DNA of 64,000 bases, taken from a plasmid. This document shows, piece after piece, positions 9,512 to 19,561 of this stretch; position 1 is the stretch's first letter; every line of letters starts with the position of its first letter. The translations under genes were made by a program, and so were the position numbers. Below the pieces are notes generated by a model, which was not told the origin of the DNA, searched no databases, and saw nothing but the letters and a program-made list of their open reading frames with translations. The DNA is taken from sequence record NZ_CP104760.1, one strand, 5' to 3'.

Positions 9512-10534
9512 ATGGCGATAAAAAAAGCGTTACCGCCACTGCTGACGACATTGCTCTCAGGGACCCTGAGCGTCGCCTGGGCGGATACCGTCTGGCTGAA
9601 TAATGGCGACCGCCTGACGGGCACCGTTCGCTATTTGAGCGACGGCAAACTGGGGCTGGATACGGAGTATGGCGGCACGCTAACTTTAACGTGGAGCGCC
9701 GTCAGTACCCTTGCCAGCAATAACCCTTTTGTGGTGGAAAATAAAAAGACCGGCGAGAACTATCACGTTACTTTAACCGCGGGCGATCCCGGTTACGTCT
9801 GGGTAAGACGCGACGATGAGCGTCAGCAGCAGAAAGTCTCGGTCAAACGCATAGACGATTTTATGAAAGAAAAAGTGCGGACCGATACGCTATCCTGGAC
9901 AGGAAATATAGACGCGGGCGTGAATATAAAAAAATCCTCGACTAAAACCGATGATTATAATTTCTCGCTGAATACTAAGCTTAGCCAGGGACGCTGGCGG
10001 CATGATATTGGCGCGACCTACAACCGTGAGCAGGAAAATGAGAGTGTCAATACGGATAATTACAGCCTGCGCTATGCCTTTGACTACATTTTTCGTGAAC
10101 AATATTTCTGGCAAACGCGCGGCACATATAAACGTGACTGGGTGGAAGATGTTTCCCGCCAGGCGCTGATTGGTACCGGTCCCGGTTATCAGCTATGGGA
10201 CACTGAGCTGAGTTCTTTTTCCGTTTCAATACTGGCGGGCGCTTTTGGCTACGGTTACAGCGACGGGAGCAGCGACGATCACCTGGGCGCCTCCATACGC
10301 TGGAATTATCAGCGTTATTTGCTGGCGAAAAAGGTGACGCTTTACAGCAACGGGGATATTGGACATTCGCTGGACGAGGACGGTATTTTTACAATGGATG
10401 CAGAGGTCGGCTTGCGCTATTCGCTAACCTCGTGGTCGACATGGCATATCGGCTATCACAAAAATCTGGTGCACGGCACGCGCGATAATCTGAATGAAGG
10501 CACCTTTTCAACCGGCCTTGGCGTGAAGTGGTAA
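9512..10534 (+). CDS. DUF481 (YdiY-like) outer-membrane beta-barrel protein.
   Basis: Signal peptide (LLTTLLSGTLSVAWA), then a DTVWLNNGDRLTG motif and aromatic-rich beta strands ending ...GLGVKW. The ATG at 9512 is preferred over the ORF-track start. Confidence 0.55.
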   Translation: MAIKKALPPLLTTLLSGTLSVAWADTVWLNNGDRLTGTVRYLSDGKLGLDTEYGGTLTLTWSAVSTLASNNPFVVENKKTGENYHVTLTAGDPGYVWVRRDDERQQQKVSVKRIDDFMKEKVRTDTLSWTGNIDAGVNIKKSSTKTDDYNFSLNTKLSQGRWRHDIGATYNREQENESVNTDNYSLRYAFDYIFREQYFWQTRGTYKRDWVEDVSRQALIGTGPGYQLWDTELSSFSVSILAGAFGYGYSDGSSDDHLGASIRWNYQRYLLAKKVTLYSNGDIGHSLDEDGIFTMDAEVGLRYSLTSWSTWHIGYHKNLVHGTRDNLNEGTFSTGLGVKW

Positions 10535-10826
10535 TCCTTAATCGACGGGCGTCAGGCTTATTCTGTAACAGATCAATAAAGTCTGCGTGGCGCCCGCTTT
10601 TGCCATTTAAGCGGGTCGGTGCGTCATCAGATTAAATTCTGACTGCAGGCGACGATTACATAGCGGGACGATAAGATTCAGGGCCGCACAACGATAAGCG
10701 CCGCTCGCCTAAATGAAGCAGGCTAATTTAAATAAAAACTCGCTCCCGACTCCTCTCTATTAGAATAGCGGCGTAATTACTGTATGATGCCTGACTAATC
10801 ATCGCTGCCGGCACACATCCTTTTAT

Positions 10827-12380
10827 ATGCGAAAGAATACGTTGCGTACTTCAGGTTCCTCTCTGTTAAGAACGTCGCTTGGTAAAAGCATGGTGATGTT
10901 TTTGATGCTGACGAGCCTCTTCGTTATTGCCATCAATGCCTGGTCTTTATGGAACTCGTGGCAGCAAGAAGTCATTGAGAAAAAAGATGACGCCCGTAAC
11001 CTGTCTGTCTCTCTGGCAAAGCAGGCTGAGGATGCGATTCTACAGGTAGATATTACGCTGGCGGACGCGGTCAGACAGCTAAGGCAGCGCGGAAACGACT
11101 ATGCTGCGACGCCTGCTTTTTTGCATCAGCTCAAAGAGCAGCAAAGTAAACTGCCGCAGCTGCACGGACTTTTTATTTACGACACGGCGGGACACTGGGT
11201 TGCCTCTTCCGGCAATTTTATTCCGACTAACGCCAGCAATGCCGATCGAGACTATTTCATCTGGCATCGCACCCATAACGATACCAGTTTGTTGATCAGC
11301 CACGTTATACGCAGCCGCTCGACCGGCGACCTGGTGATCCCTGTTTCCGTTCGCCTTAACGATGCGCAGGGTAACTTTGCCGGCGTTGCGCTGGCGACCG
11401 TGCGGGTAGACTATTTCCGCCAGTATTACAGCTATTTTTCCCTGGGCGAAAAGGACACGTTAGGACTGATTCTGGCGGACTCTTCAGCGCTTTATATCCG
11501 CCCTTTCTCCGATGCCTATATTGGCAAAATGCTCTCAACCAGTCCGCTGTTCGAAACCGAACTTAAAGCGGCCTCCAGCGGCAATGCTACGTGGCGCTCA
11601 TCCTTTGACGGCGTGGAACGCGTATTTGGTTACGCCCGGCTTGAACGTTATCCGCTGATTGTGACCGCTGGCTACGATCTGTCGAACATTCGTATGGCGT
11701 GGCTCTCGGGCAATCTGCTGAACGTGCTGCTCAATCTGGCGCTGCTGGGCATTATCAACGGCATCGGCGTGCTGGTGCTCCGCCAGGTCGGCACCAACGT
11801 CAGAAACCAGCTCGAGCTCTCTTTCGTCCGCGACGAGCTGACCACCATTAACCATACGCTGCAGTCGCTGGCGCTGGTGGATGGTTTAACCGGGCTTGCC
11901 AACCGCCGCCAGTTTGACGCGCTGCTGGAGCAGGCGTTGCTGAGATCGCATAAAACTGGCGACCCGCTGGCGCTGGTCATGATCGATATCGACTTTTTCA
12001 AGCGCTACAACGACACCTATGGACATGTATCAGGGGATGAGTGTTTGCAGGATGTCGCTCAGGCGCTTAAGGGCAGCGTTCAGTACCACGGCGACGTGGT
12101 CGCGCGATACGGCGGAGAGGAGTTCGCGATTATCATGCCCAACACTGACTTTTCCGAGGCGAAAATCGTTGCTGATGAGGCCGTCAGGTCGGTTATGGAG
12201 TTGGGTATTGCTCACGAAACCACCGAGACGCCGGCAGGCGTTGTCACCATCAGCGCGGGTTACTTTGCGCTGATATCTAAAGGCGATCCTTCAGAAGCAG
12301 AACAGCTGAAACGTGAGGCTGATCAGGCGCTTTATCAGGCGAAGCGCAATGGACGCAATCAGGCCTACGGTCAAAAATGA
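10827..12380 (+). CDS. Sensor diguanylate cyclase (GGEEF) with an N-terminal periplasmic sensor domain flanked by two TM helices.
   Basis: RYGGEEF active-site motif. LANRRQFD and MIDIDFFKRYNDTYGH are GGDEF-domain hallmarks. Confidence 0.8.
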   Translation: MRKNTLRTSGSSLLRTSLGKSMVMFLMLTSLFVIAINAWSLWNSWQQEVIEKKDDARNLSVSLAKQAEDAILQVDITLADAVRQLRQRGNDYAATPAFLHQLKEQQSKLPQLHGLFIYDTAGHWVASSGNFIPTNASNADRDYFIWHRTHNDTSLLISHVIRSRSTGDLVIPVSVRLNDAQGNFAGVALATVRVDYFRQYYSYFSLGEKDTLGLILADSSALYIRPFSDAYIGKMLSTSPLFETELKAASSGNATWRSSFDGVERVFGYARLERYPLIVTAGYDLSNIRMAWLSGNLLNVLLNLALLGIINGIGVLVLRQVGTNVRNQLELSFVRDELTTINHTLQSLALVDGLTGLANRRQFDALLEQALLRSHKTGDPLALVMIDIDFFKRYNDTYGHVSGDECLQDVAQALKGSVQYHGDVVARYGGEEFAIIMPNTDFSEAKIVADEAVRSVMELGIAHETTETPAGVVTISAGYFALISKGDPSEAEQLKREADQALYQAKRNGRNQAYGQK

Positions 12381-12423
12381 TGGACGCTGCAGGCGCATCC
12401 GGTAGCTGAATACGGAGCAAAAA

Positions 12424-12445
12424 AGTGGGGCATCGCTGCCCCACT
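12424..12445. terminator. Bidirectional rho-independent terminator between the convergent diguanylate cyclase and PQQ dehydrogenase genes.
   Basis: Perfect 9-bp stem agtggggca/tgccccact with loop tcgc, preceded by an A-run and followed by gcagttt. Confidence 0.6.
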
Positions 12446-12477
12446 GCAGTTTACTGCCTCAGCCTCAACTCAAGGCC

Positions 12478-14571
12478 TTACTTCGGCAGCGCGTACACCA
12501 CAACCTGGTCGCCCACCTGATCTTTCAGGATGGTATTACCGCCTGCCACGAACGCCACATACTGACGCCCTTTATATTCATAGACAGAGGGGTTAGCCAC
12601 GGCGGGCGCTTCAGCCTGATCGGACCACAGCTCTTTGCCGCTCTCCAGCGAATAGGCGCGCACTTTGGCATCCATTGAGGCGCCAATAAAGATAACGCCG
12701 CCCGCGGTCACTGCCGGGCCGCCAATGGTGGGCGAGCCCCAGCTTTCAGGCATAAAGAAGCCGTACTGCTGCGATGCGCCAACCGGACGACGCCACTTCA
12801 CCTCGCCGGTGTGCATATCCAGCGCCACCAGCTCGCCAAACGGCGGCTGCCAGCAGGGCATGCCGAGCCAGTTATTCGCCACGTCAAGACGCATGCCGTA
12901 AGGCGCGCCCTCCTGCGGAGCAAAACCACTCTCGTTGCCAGAGCCTTTATCCGCTTTGTCATAGTCTTCACGGCTATAAAGCTTCACGTACTGCACGATA
13001 TGGGAGACGTTAACGACCGCGATCTGGTTCTGCGGATCGAAGGCTACGCCGCCCCACTGCACGCCGCCGGCGCTGTCCGGGTAGGTTAACGTGCCCTCGC
13101 CCTTGGTCGTCGGCGGGGTATACATACCTTCATAGGTCAGCTTATCCCACAGGCGTGAACACTGACCGGCACCAACGATATCCGCCAGCTTCCAGATTTC
13201 AGGTTTTTTAGACTGATCGAGCAGCGGTGCGGGTTTGGTAGGGAACGGCTGCGTCGGAGACAGTTTCTCGCCCTGCACTGAGCCATCGCCCTGCGGTACG
13301 GGACGTTCCTCGATTGGCCAGACATCTTCACCCGTCAGGCGGTTCACCACGAACAGGAAGCCCTGTTTGGTTGCCTGAATAAGCGCGGGGATCTGCTTGC
13401 CATTGACCGTGATGTCCATCAGCGTCGGCGCGGAGTTGATATCGTAATCCCATACGTCGTGATGCACCCACTGACGCGACCAGACCACTTTACCGGTGTT
13501 CACATCCAGCGCGGTGGTGGATGTCCCGAGCGGAATAGCGTCAACGCGGTTGCCGCCCCAGTAGTTCGGCGAAGGCGACGAAACCGGCAGGTAGATCAGG
13601 CCGTGGGCTTCGTCTGCTGACATATGAGTCCAGACGTTGGCGGTGCCGGTTCGTTTGCGGATATCAGCCGGAATGGCATCGAAGGTCCATTCACGCTGGC
13701 CCGTCTCTGCGTTGATCGAAAAGACCGTGCCGGGAGGCGCTTCAGCATAGGCCCAGTCTTTCCCTGCCCAACCCACAATCAGATGGTTGCCAACCACGGT
13801 AGGCGGCTGCAACAGCGACAGCGGATATTTGGCGTTCAGGGTATTCCACTGATTAATGTCCAGTACGCCTTTATTGGCGAACTGTTCACACGGCTTGCCG
13901 GAGTCCGCATCCAGCGCGTAGAGTTTGGCGTCAACGGTGCCCATATAAACGATTTTTTGGCAGGCCTGCCCGGCGACCGGGTTTTTAGCCTGCCAGTAGG
14001 AGACACCACGATTTTTCAGAACCGGCTGCGTCAGCGCTTCGCGCGGGGCTTTGGTATCGTAATGCCACTTCTCTTTACCGGTTCCCGGATCCAGGGCGAT
14101 CAGGCGGTCAAACGGCGTGCCTATATAGATTGTTTCATTAGCAAAAACCGGTGTGGCTGACCAGACCGTTGCGGGCGTTTTACCTTTGCCATCGGAAACG
14201 TCGCCGGTATGGAATTCCCAGACCTTCTCCAGTTTACTGACGTTATCAGCCGTGATCTGTTTAAGCGGGCTGTACTTCTGGGCATTGAGCTGGCCGTGGA
14301 AACTGTCCCAGGTCGCGTTTTCCGGCACCAGCGGCGAAGCCACGCCGGGCGCTGACTCCACCTTCTGGCCATCCTGCCCGGAAGAGGCCTCTTTGGTGGT
14401 ATTGGTGGTGCCTGGCGCCTGCTGGTTAGCGGCATCCACATTAAGCTTCTTCTGCGTTCCCTGAGAAGCTTCTGCGGCTTTATCCTGCGCCTGTAATGTG
14501 AGTGGCGCCACCAGCAGAGCAAGCGCAGTCATGCTGACTTTCATCAGTTGGTTCTGTTTATCTTTATGCAC
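12478..14571 (-). CDS. Periplasmic catalytic domain of a Gcd-family PQQ-dependent dehydrogenase (glucose/quinate/shikimate family), beginning with a Sec-type signal peptide.
   Basis: FDRLIALDPGTGKEKWHYD and multiple PQQ beta-propeller repeats align with E. coli Gcd. N-terminal MKVSMTALALLVAPLTLQA looks cleavable. Confidence 0.75.
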   Translation of the reverse strand: MHKDKQNQLMKVSMTALALLVAPLTLQAQDKAAEASQGTQKKLNVDAANQQAPGTTNTTKEASSGQDGQKVESAPGVASPLVPENATWDSFHGQLNAQKYSPLKQITADNVSKLEKVWEFHTGDVSDGKGKTPATVWSATPVFANETIYIGTPFDRLIALDPGTGKEKWHYDTKAPREALTQPVLKNRGVSYWQAKNPVAGQACQKIVYMGTVDAKLYALDADSGKPCEQFANKGVLDINQWNTLNAKYPLSLLQPPTVVGNHLIVGWAGKDWAYAEAPPGTVFSINAETGQREWTFDAIPADIRKRTGTANVWTHMSADEAHGLIYLPVSSPSPNYWGGNRVDAIPLGTSTTALDVNTGKVVWSRQWVHHDVWDYDINSAPTLMDITVNGKQIPALIQATKQGFLFVVNRLTGEDVWPIEERPVPQGDGSVQGEKLSPTQPFPTKPAPLLDQSKKPEIWKLADIVGAGQCSRLWDKLTYEGMYTPPTTKGEGTLTYPDSAGGVQWGGVAFDPQNQIAVVNVSHIVQYVKLYSREDYDKADKGSGNESGFAPQEGAPYGMRLDVANNWLGMPCWQPPFGELVALDMHTGEVKWRRPVGASQQYGFFMPESWGSPTIGGPAVTAGGVIFIGASMDAKVRAYSLESGKELWSDQAEAPAVANPSVYEYKGRQYVAFVAGGNTILKDQVGDQVVVYALPK

Positions 14572-14581
14572 GGTCGGTTCC

Positions 14582-14947
14582 TCAGGATCTGGCGTATTGA
14601 TGATGGGTTGCCTTCTCTTTACTCAGCGCAATGAGTCCGATCAGGCCGACAATCATCGCTGCGGTGATGACCCACTGATGCAGCAGTAGCGCGGCAAACC
14701 CAATGCCAGCCAGCACGATGAGGGTGATGATGGTCCAGAAAATGCGAGCGCCACGTGCTGAAACGCCACGTAAGATAAAGGTCAGCACGGCCAGAACCAC
14801 ACTGGCGATGACCACGCCAAGCGCCCCGATAGTGCCGGTAACGCCGGTTAATGGTGTAAGCCAGGCATAAAGGGCCAGTGCGAAGCTGGCCACTGCAGCC
14901 AGCAGCAGCAAAATGCTGCCCAGGTGCGAGCGTTGAGATTGCAACAT
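14582..14947 (-). CDS. Four-TM membrane protein equivalent to the N-terminal membrane anchor of Gcd-family dehydrogenases. Separated from the catalytic domain by a stop and a frame change, so possibly a pseudogene fragment.
   Basis: Four hydrophobic helices. Ends with TGA 10 nt before the start of the catalytic ORF, which is in a different frame. Confidence 0.45.
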   Translation of the reverse strand: MLQSQRSHLGSILLLLAAVASFALALYAWLTPLTGVTGTIGALGVVIASVVLAVLTFILRGVSARGARIFWTIITLIVLAGIGFAALLLHQWVITAAMIVGLIGLIALSKEKATHHQYARS

Positions 14948-15256
14948 ACCAGGAAGTCCCCTGCGAAAAGAAAAATGGAAAAAGGAGTCGTTAGTGGATC
15001 TATACGGGCGCGTTTCGCGCAGCGTTACCTGCTTAAAGCAGAACGCAGCGCAGAAATAGCGGCATATTTCACTAAACGCAGTAGAGTATAGATGCGGATC
15101 CGCGAGTTGTTTCCCGCAGGCGCGAAGGGAACATGAAGAGCCGCAACCGCTACCCGGTTTCGGCTTGAATGTCGGTGCGGCAGGCTGGAGATTAAGCCGG
15201 TGCTGATTTCGCTGCCGGTAAAGCCGCACATGCGTCAATATGCCGCTTGAGGAACG

Positions 15257-15981
15257 TTACCAGGGCGCCCGGCTTTTATCGAAGTAGAAGCCCGCTGTGG
15301 TTGTTAAAGGATCGAGACCAGCCAGCCAGACGATGCCTTCAGCGGCCTGCTCAACGGTTCGGTAGCCGGTATGCCCGTTAAAATCGGTGGCGGTATAGCC
15401 TGGATCGACGGCGTTAACGCTGATGTTAAAGTCCCTGAGCTCTTTAGCGAAAGCGACGGTCACAGCATTCAGGGCCGTTTTTGAACTGTTGTACCCCATT
15501 GCCTCTACGCGGGAAAAGGGATGGTTCGGATCGGAAACCCATGTCAGCGAGCCTAATCCGCTGCTGACCATAACAACACTGGCGCCTGCCGCGGCTTTAA
15601 GCAGAGGCAAAAAAGCCTGGGTCACCCGGATGGCGCCGAACACATTGGTGTCGTAGATCGTTTCGATATCCCTGATACTCTGCTCGCTGGGCGCCACGGG
15701 ATAGTTGCCTGAGATGCCGGCATTATTAATCAGAATATCCAGCGTCCCCTCTTCCTTGAGCACCCGCTGCGCCGCCGCCTGAATAGTCGCCATATCCGTT
15801 ACGTCGATGATCAGCAGCCGGACATCAACGCCCTGCGCCGCCAGGCTGGCCGCGGCCGTCTGCCCTCGTGCTTCATCGCGACAGCCCAGCCAGATCCGGT
15901 AACCGAGTCGTCCCATTTGCCGGGCCGTTTCAAAACCGATGCTTTTATTCGCGCCGGTAATAAGCACGCTTTTGCTCTTCA
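15257..15981 (-). CDS. SDR-family NAD(P)-dependent oxidoreductase.
   Basis: VLITGANKSIGFETARQ (TGxxxGxG-like) and the catalytic YNSSK motif. The ATG at 15981 is chosen over the longer ORF-track form. Confidence 0.8.
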
Positions 15982-16097
15982 TATCGCCTCTCCGCTTATT
16001 TTGTCTTTTTGTTAAAAAGACGCTTCTTTGCTGTTCTGAATTTATAACTTGCCTGATAGCTTTGATAAACGGACATAATGCGAACAGGCTGATCGGT

Positions 16098-17009
16098 ATG
16101 GCGAACAATAACGGCGCGGCGGGGATGGAAAACCTGTCGATCTTTCTTACCGTGTTGAACGAAAGAAGTTTCCGCACGGCGGCGAAACAGCTTGGTCTGT
16201 CGCCCTCGACCGTTAGCGAAAAAGTCTCCGCGCTGGAGCGGGAGCTGGGAATACCGCTATTCATCAGAACGACGCGCAGCGTAACGGCCACAGCGGCAGG
16301 CCTGGCGCTGGCCGAACGCATCACGCCGCTGCTCACGGAGATGCGGGCGGCGCTGAATGATGTGGCGAGTTCGCAGCAATCTGTTCGCGGCGTACTGAAA
16401 CTGAACGTCACCGGCGCGGTGATGGTGGATATTCTACCGCCGCTGCTGGATCGCTTTCTTTCCCGGCATCCGCAACTGCGGGTTGAACTTATGGTTGATG
16501 ACCGTCTGGTAGACGCGACGCTGGCGGGTTGCGATGCAGGCATACGTTACGGCGAACATCTGGCGAAAGATACCATCGCCGTGCCGATAGGGCCGCGGAC
16601 CCAGAGGCTGGCGCTGGCTGCCGCACCCGGTTATCTCGCTTCGAGCGGCTCTGTTGCGCATCCTGCCGACCTGCTTGAACATGCGTGCATTCGCCTGAAA
16701 TATTCAAGCGGCGCGCTAATACCCTGGGAGTTTGAACGGGCGGGTAAAACCTTTATCGTCGATCCTCCTGGTCGTTTGACCATCGGCGTTAACGGCGCTT
16801 CCGCCGCCATTGATCTGGCGCGAAGCGGCAAAGGCATCCTTGCTACGTTTGAAAACTGGCTACAGCCCCATTTTGCAACCGGCGATCTTCAGCCACTGTT
16901 GCCTGAGTGGTGGCTGGCATTTGAAGGGCCCTGGCTCTACTTTTCCAGCCGCTTTAAAACTGCGCCGCTGCGCGCATTCGTAGACTTTCTTAAAGAAGAG
17001 CGTGAATAG
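16098..17009 (+). CDS. LysR-family transcriptional regulator.
   Basis: N-terminal HTH LSIFLTVLNERSFRTAAKQLGLSPSTVSEKVSALERELG. Divergent from the SDR gene. Confidence 0.8.
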   Translation: MANNNGAAGMENLSIFLTVLNERSFRTAAKQLGLSPSTVSEKVSALERELGIPLFIRTTRSVTATAAGLALAERITPLLTEMRAALNDVASSQQSVRGVLKLNVTGAVMVDILPPLLDRFLSRHPQLRVELMVDDRLVDATLAGCDAGIRYGEHLAKDTIAVPIGPRTQRLALAAAPGYLASSGSVAHPADLLEHACIRLKYSSGALIPWEFERAGKTFIVDPPGRLTIGVNGASAAIDLARSGKGILATFENWLQPHFATGDLQPLLPEWWLAFEGPWLYFSSRFKTAPLRAFVDFLKEERE

Positions 17010-17040
17010 CTGGGGACCCATAAAAAGTTTAAGCCTGACA

Positions 17041-17073
17041 ATAATCGGATATTATTGTCAGGCTTCTGTAGGA
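17041..17073. terminator. Bidirectional rho-independent terminator between the convergent LysR and isomerase genes.
   Basis: Perfect 14-bp inverted repeat agcctgacaataat/attattgtcaggct with loop cggat, preceded by aaaaagttt. Confidence 0.6.
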
Positions 17074-17103
17074 CGCGTTTGTTCTTACTTCAGCGCCCAG
17101 CTG

Positions 17104-18060
17104 TCAACGGCTGATGCTTACATTCAGCGCGTCGATTGACGTGCGAAGACCCGCCTCAACGCTCATGGTGAGATCTTCCATCTCCAGTGATACGTCGCCA
17201 TCATAACCGGTCATGCGCAGCACTGAGAAAAACTCTTTCCACCACTGCAGATCCTGACCGCATCCTACCGCCACATAGTTCCAGGTGCGGGTTTTAGTGT
17301 TGATTACCGGCTGGTACTCCATCAGGCCATCAATATCCGCCAGTCCACGCTCAATACGCGCATCTTTGCCATGGACGTGGAAGATCGCCCCTTCGAGTTT
17401 ACGCGCAGCGGCAATTGGGTCAGCGCCCATTGCAATCAGATGCGACGGGTCAAGGTTCATGCCGATAATATCGTCGACGGCGTTACGCAGACGCAGCAGC
17501 GTCGACGGGTTGTAGACCAGCTGGCTCGGAAACTCTTCGAGTGCGATCTGTTCTACGCCGTGCTGTTTAGCGTGCTGCACAAACTTTTTCCACCAGGGAA
17601 TAGCCACTTCATTCCACTGATAATCAATCACGCCAGGCATGTAATCTGGCCAGGAGATGGTAGAGGTGATCCAGTTCGGTACGCGGTCTTCCGGTCCGCC
17701 ACCCGGCAGGCCGCTCATCATCACGATTTTTTTCACGCCGAGCTTGCCAGCCAGCTCAACGGCGCGATAGCTGCTTTTGGTATGGGTTTCACCCAGCTCG
17801 CCGGGCGCCAGCGGGTTACCTGAGCAGTTCAGCGCTACGATGCGCATCTCACGTTCGGCCAGCTCTTGTTTGAACTTTTCCAGTTTTTCTGGGGAGGCCA
17901 GCAGCTCTTCGGTTTTCACATGCGGACACGGCGACCAGCCGCCAGCGGTCATCTCGACGCCATCAATGCCGTAGCTTTTAACTTTATCCAGCATTGCCGG
18001 GAAGGACAAATCCGCCAGAACATCCGTACATAAAGCAAGTTTCATTATTTGTTCCTTCAT
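17104..18060 (-). CDS. Sugar phosphate isomerase/epimerase (xylose-isomerase-like TIM barrel; IolE/IolI-like).
   Basis: 318 aa with an overall AP-endonuclease-2/xylose-isomerase-like fold signature. Sits in a sugar-catabolic cluster. Confidence 0.7.
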   Translation of the reverse strand: MKEQIMKLALCTDVLADLSFPAMLDKVKSYGIDGVEMTAGGWSPCPHVKTEELLASPEKLEKFKQELAEREMRIVALNCSGNPLAPGELGETHTKSSYRAVELAGKLGVKKIVMMSGLPGGGPEDRVPNWITSTISWPDYMPGVIDYQWNEVAIPWWKKFVQHAKQHGVEQIALEEFPSQLVYNPSTLLRLRNAVDDIIGMNLDPSHLIAMGADPIAAARKLEGAIFHVHGKDARIERGLADIDGLMEYQPVINTKTRTWNYVAVGCGQDLQWWKEFFSVLRMTGYDGDVSLEMEDLTMSVEAGLRTSIDALNVSISR

Positions 18061-18072
18061 CTGGTGCGTTAA

Positions 18073-18501
18073 TTACGCTTTCTCAAACAGACTAATAAAT
18101 TCTTCTTTGGTTTTTGCGCTGGCTAATAAGGTCGTTTTTACTTCATCGCCTAACAGATCTGCGATGTCCGCCAGCACCTGAATATGTTCATTCCTGGAAG
18201 CGGCTACGGCTACCATCACGAAAACCACTTTCCCGTTTCCCCAGCCGACGCCGTGTGGAAACTGAAAAACCTGAAAACCCGTTTTGATCACCAGATCAAG
18301 GTTCTCTTTAGCACAATGAGGAAACGCGATACCTGCGCCGATATAGGTAGAGACGCTTTTTTCGCGTGCCAGCATGCCGTGCAGGAAACCCGGTTTCACA
18401 TAACCGGCCTTTTCCAGCGCGTCAGCGGCAATTTTAATGGCTTCGTTTTTATTCGCTGCCCGACACTGCAAATGCAGTGAATCTGCCGTCAGTTTCAACA
18501 T
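18073..18501 (-). CDS. PTS EIIA component of the fructose/mannitol/Ntr type (PTS_EIIA_2). Lone EIIA with no EIIB/C partner in the window.
   Basis: ELLKEREKLSSTGIGNGIAIPH-like region (KSVSTYIGAGIAFPH). Start set at MLKLTAD (ATG at 18501). Confidence 0.65.
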   Translation of the reverse strand: MLKLTADSLHLQCRAANKNEAIKIAADALEKAGYVKPGFLHGMLAREKSVSTYIGAGIAFPHCAKENLDLVIKTGFQVFQFPHGVGWGNGKVVFVMVAVAASRNEHIQVLADIADLLGDEVKTTLLASAKTKEEFISLFEKA

Positions 18502-18535
18502 TATTAGTCCCTCACAAAAAGCGAGAAGAAGTATT

Positions 18536-19546
18536 TCAGCGATAAAGCGACGGCTGTTGCGGAATGACGACGTCGTGTTTTTCGCCATCTTTCAGCGAAG
18601 CCAGACCAGCGTCGCAGACCAGCGCCACAACATAACCATCCCAGGACGACGGTCCGCTCATTTCGCGGCCGTCGCGCACGCTGTCGACAAAGTGCTGCAC
18701 TTCACGGTCGTAAGCCGTGGCGAAACGCTCCATGCAGGATTGAGCAATATGGTGCGCATTGCCATGAAGCGAACGCGTGTTAATTAACTGCTGTTCGTTC
18801 AGCGCGATAATGGCATTCTCACCGACGACCTCGCAGCGGATGTCATAGCCATAATGGCAGTTCACAAACAGCTCATCGTCAATGCGCACGCCCGATTCGG
18901 TCTCAAAAATGACGATAAGCGGATCCTGCAAATGCGGCAGCGCGCGGCTGGTTTTTTTACGAGGCTTGTCAACGCGAACGGACGTAATGTTCTCGTTCAG
19001 CAGATAACGAATAATGTCAATTTCATGGGTCGCTGAATCATTGATCGCCATCTCCAGCGTGTAGCTTTCCGGCACAGAGGGATTACGGTGCGCGCAGTGA
19101 ATCAACATCACGTCGCCAGGCTCGCCGCTGTCGATGGCGTGCTTCAGCGCCTGATAGCCGGGGTCGAAACGGCGCATAAAGCCCAGCTGCAGCAGGCGCT
19201 TGCCCGCTTTCACTTCTGCTTCAATAATTTCTTTTGATTCATCAGCGGTCGGCGTCAGCGGTTTTTCGCAGAATACCGGCTTGCCTGCGTTAAAAGCGGC
19301 CAGAATTTGCGTTTTGTGCACCGGGCCAATAGAGCAGATAAATACCGCATCGACCAGCTCGGAATGAATCATCTCCTCTGCGTCATAAAATGCGGTAGCG
19401 CCATATTCGCTGGCAACCGCATCCGCGGCCGCACGGTTGATGTCGCAAACCGCCGTCACTTCCGCGCCAGAAATTACATTGTGAAAACGTTTCAGATGAT
19501 CCCGGCCAATCATACCCAGACCAATTAAACCGATTTTGACAGTCAT
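18536..19546 (-). CDS. Gfo/Idh/MocA-family NAD(P)-dependent oxidoreductase (inositol 2-dehydrogenase-like).
   Basis: N-terminal Rossmann motif MTVKIGLIGLGMIGRDH and an EKPL motif (FCEKPLT). Confidence 0.8.
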   Translation of the reverse strand: MTVKIGLIGLGMIGRDHLKRFHNVISGAEVTAVCDINRAAADAVASEYGATAFYDAEEMIHSELVDAVFICSIGPVHKTQILAAFNAGKPVFCEKPLTPTADESKEIIEAEVKAGKRLLQLGFMRRFDPGYQALKHAIDSGEPGDVMLIHCAHRNPSVPESYTLEMAINDSATHEIDIIRYLLNENITSVRVDKPRKKTSRALPHLQDPLIVIFETESGVRIDDELFVNCHYGYDIRCEVVGENAIIALNEQQLINTRSLHGNAHHIAQSCMERFATAYDREVQHFVDSVRDGREMSGPSSWDGYVVALVCDAGLASLKDGEKHDVVIPQQPSLYR

Positions 19547-19561
19547 TTAATAATCCTCATA

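Noticed and set aside
15257-16543. 428-aa form of the SDR ORF, and the 356-aa form of the LysR ORF overlapping it
   Set aside because: The N-terminal extensions are Ser/Arg-rich with no homology. Internal ATGs with proper domain starts (15981 and 16098) give non-overlapping divergent genes.
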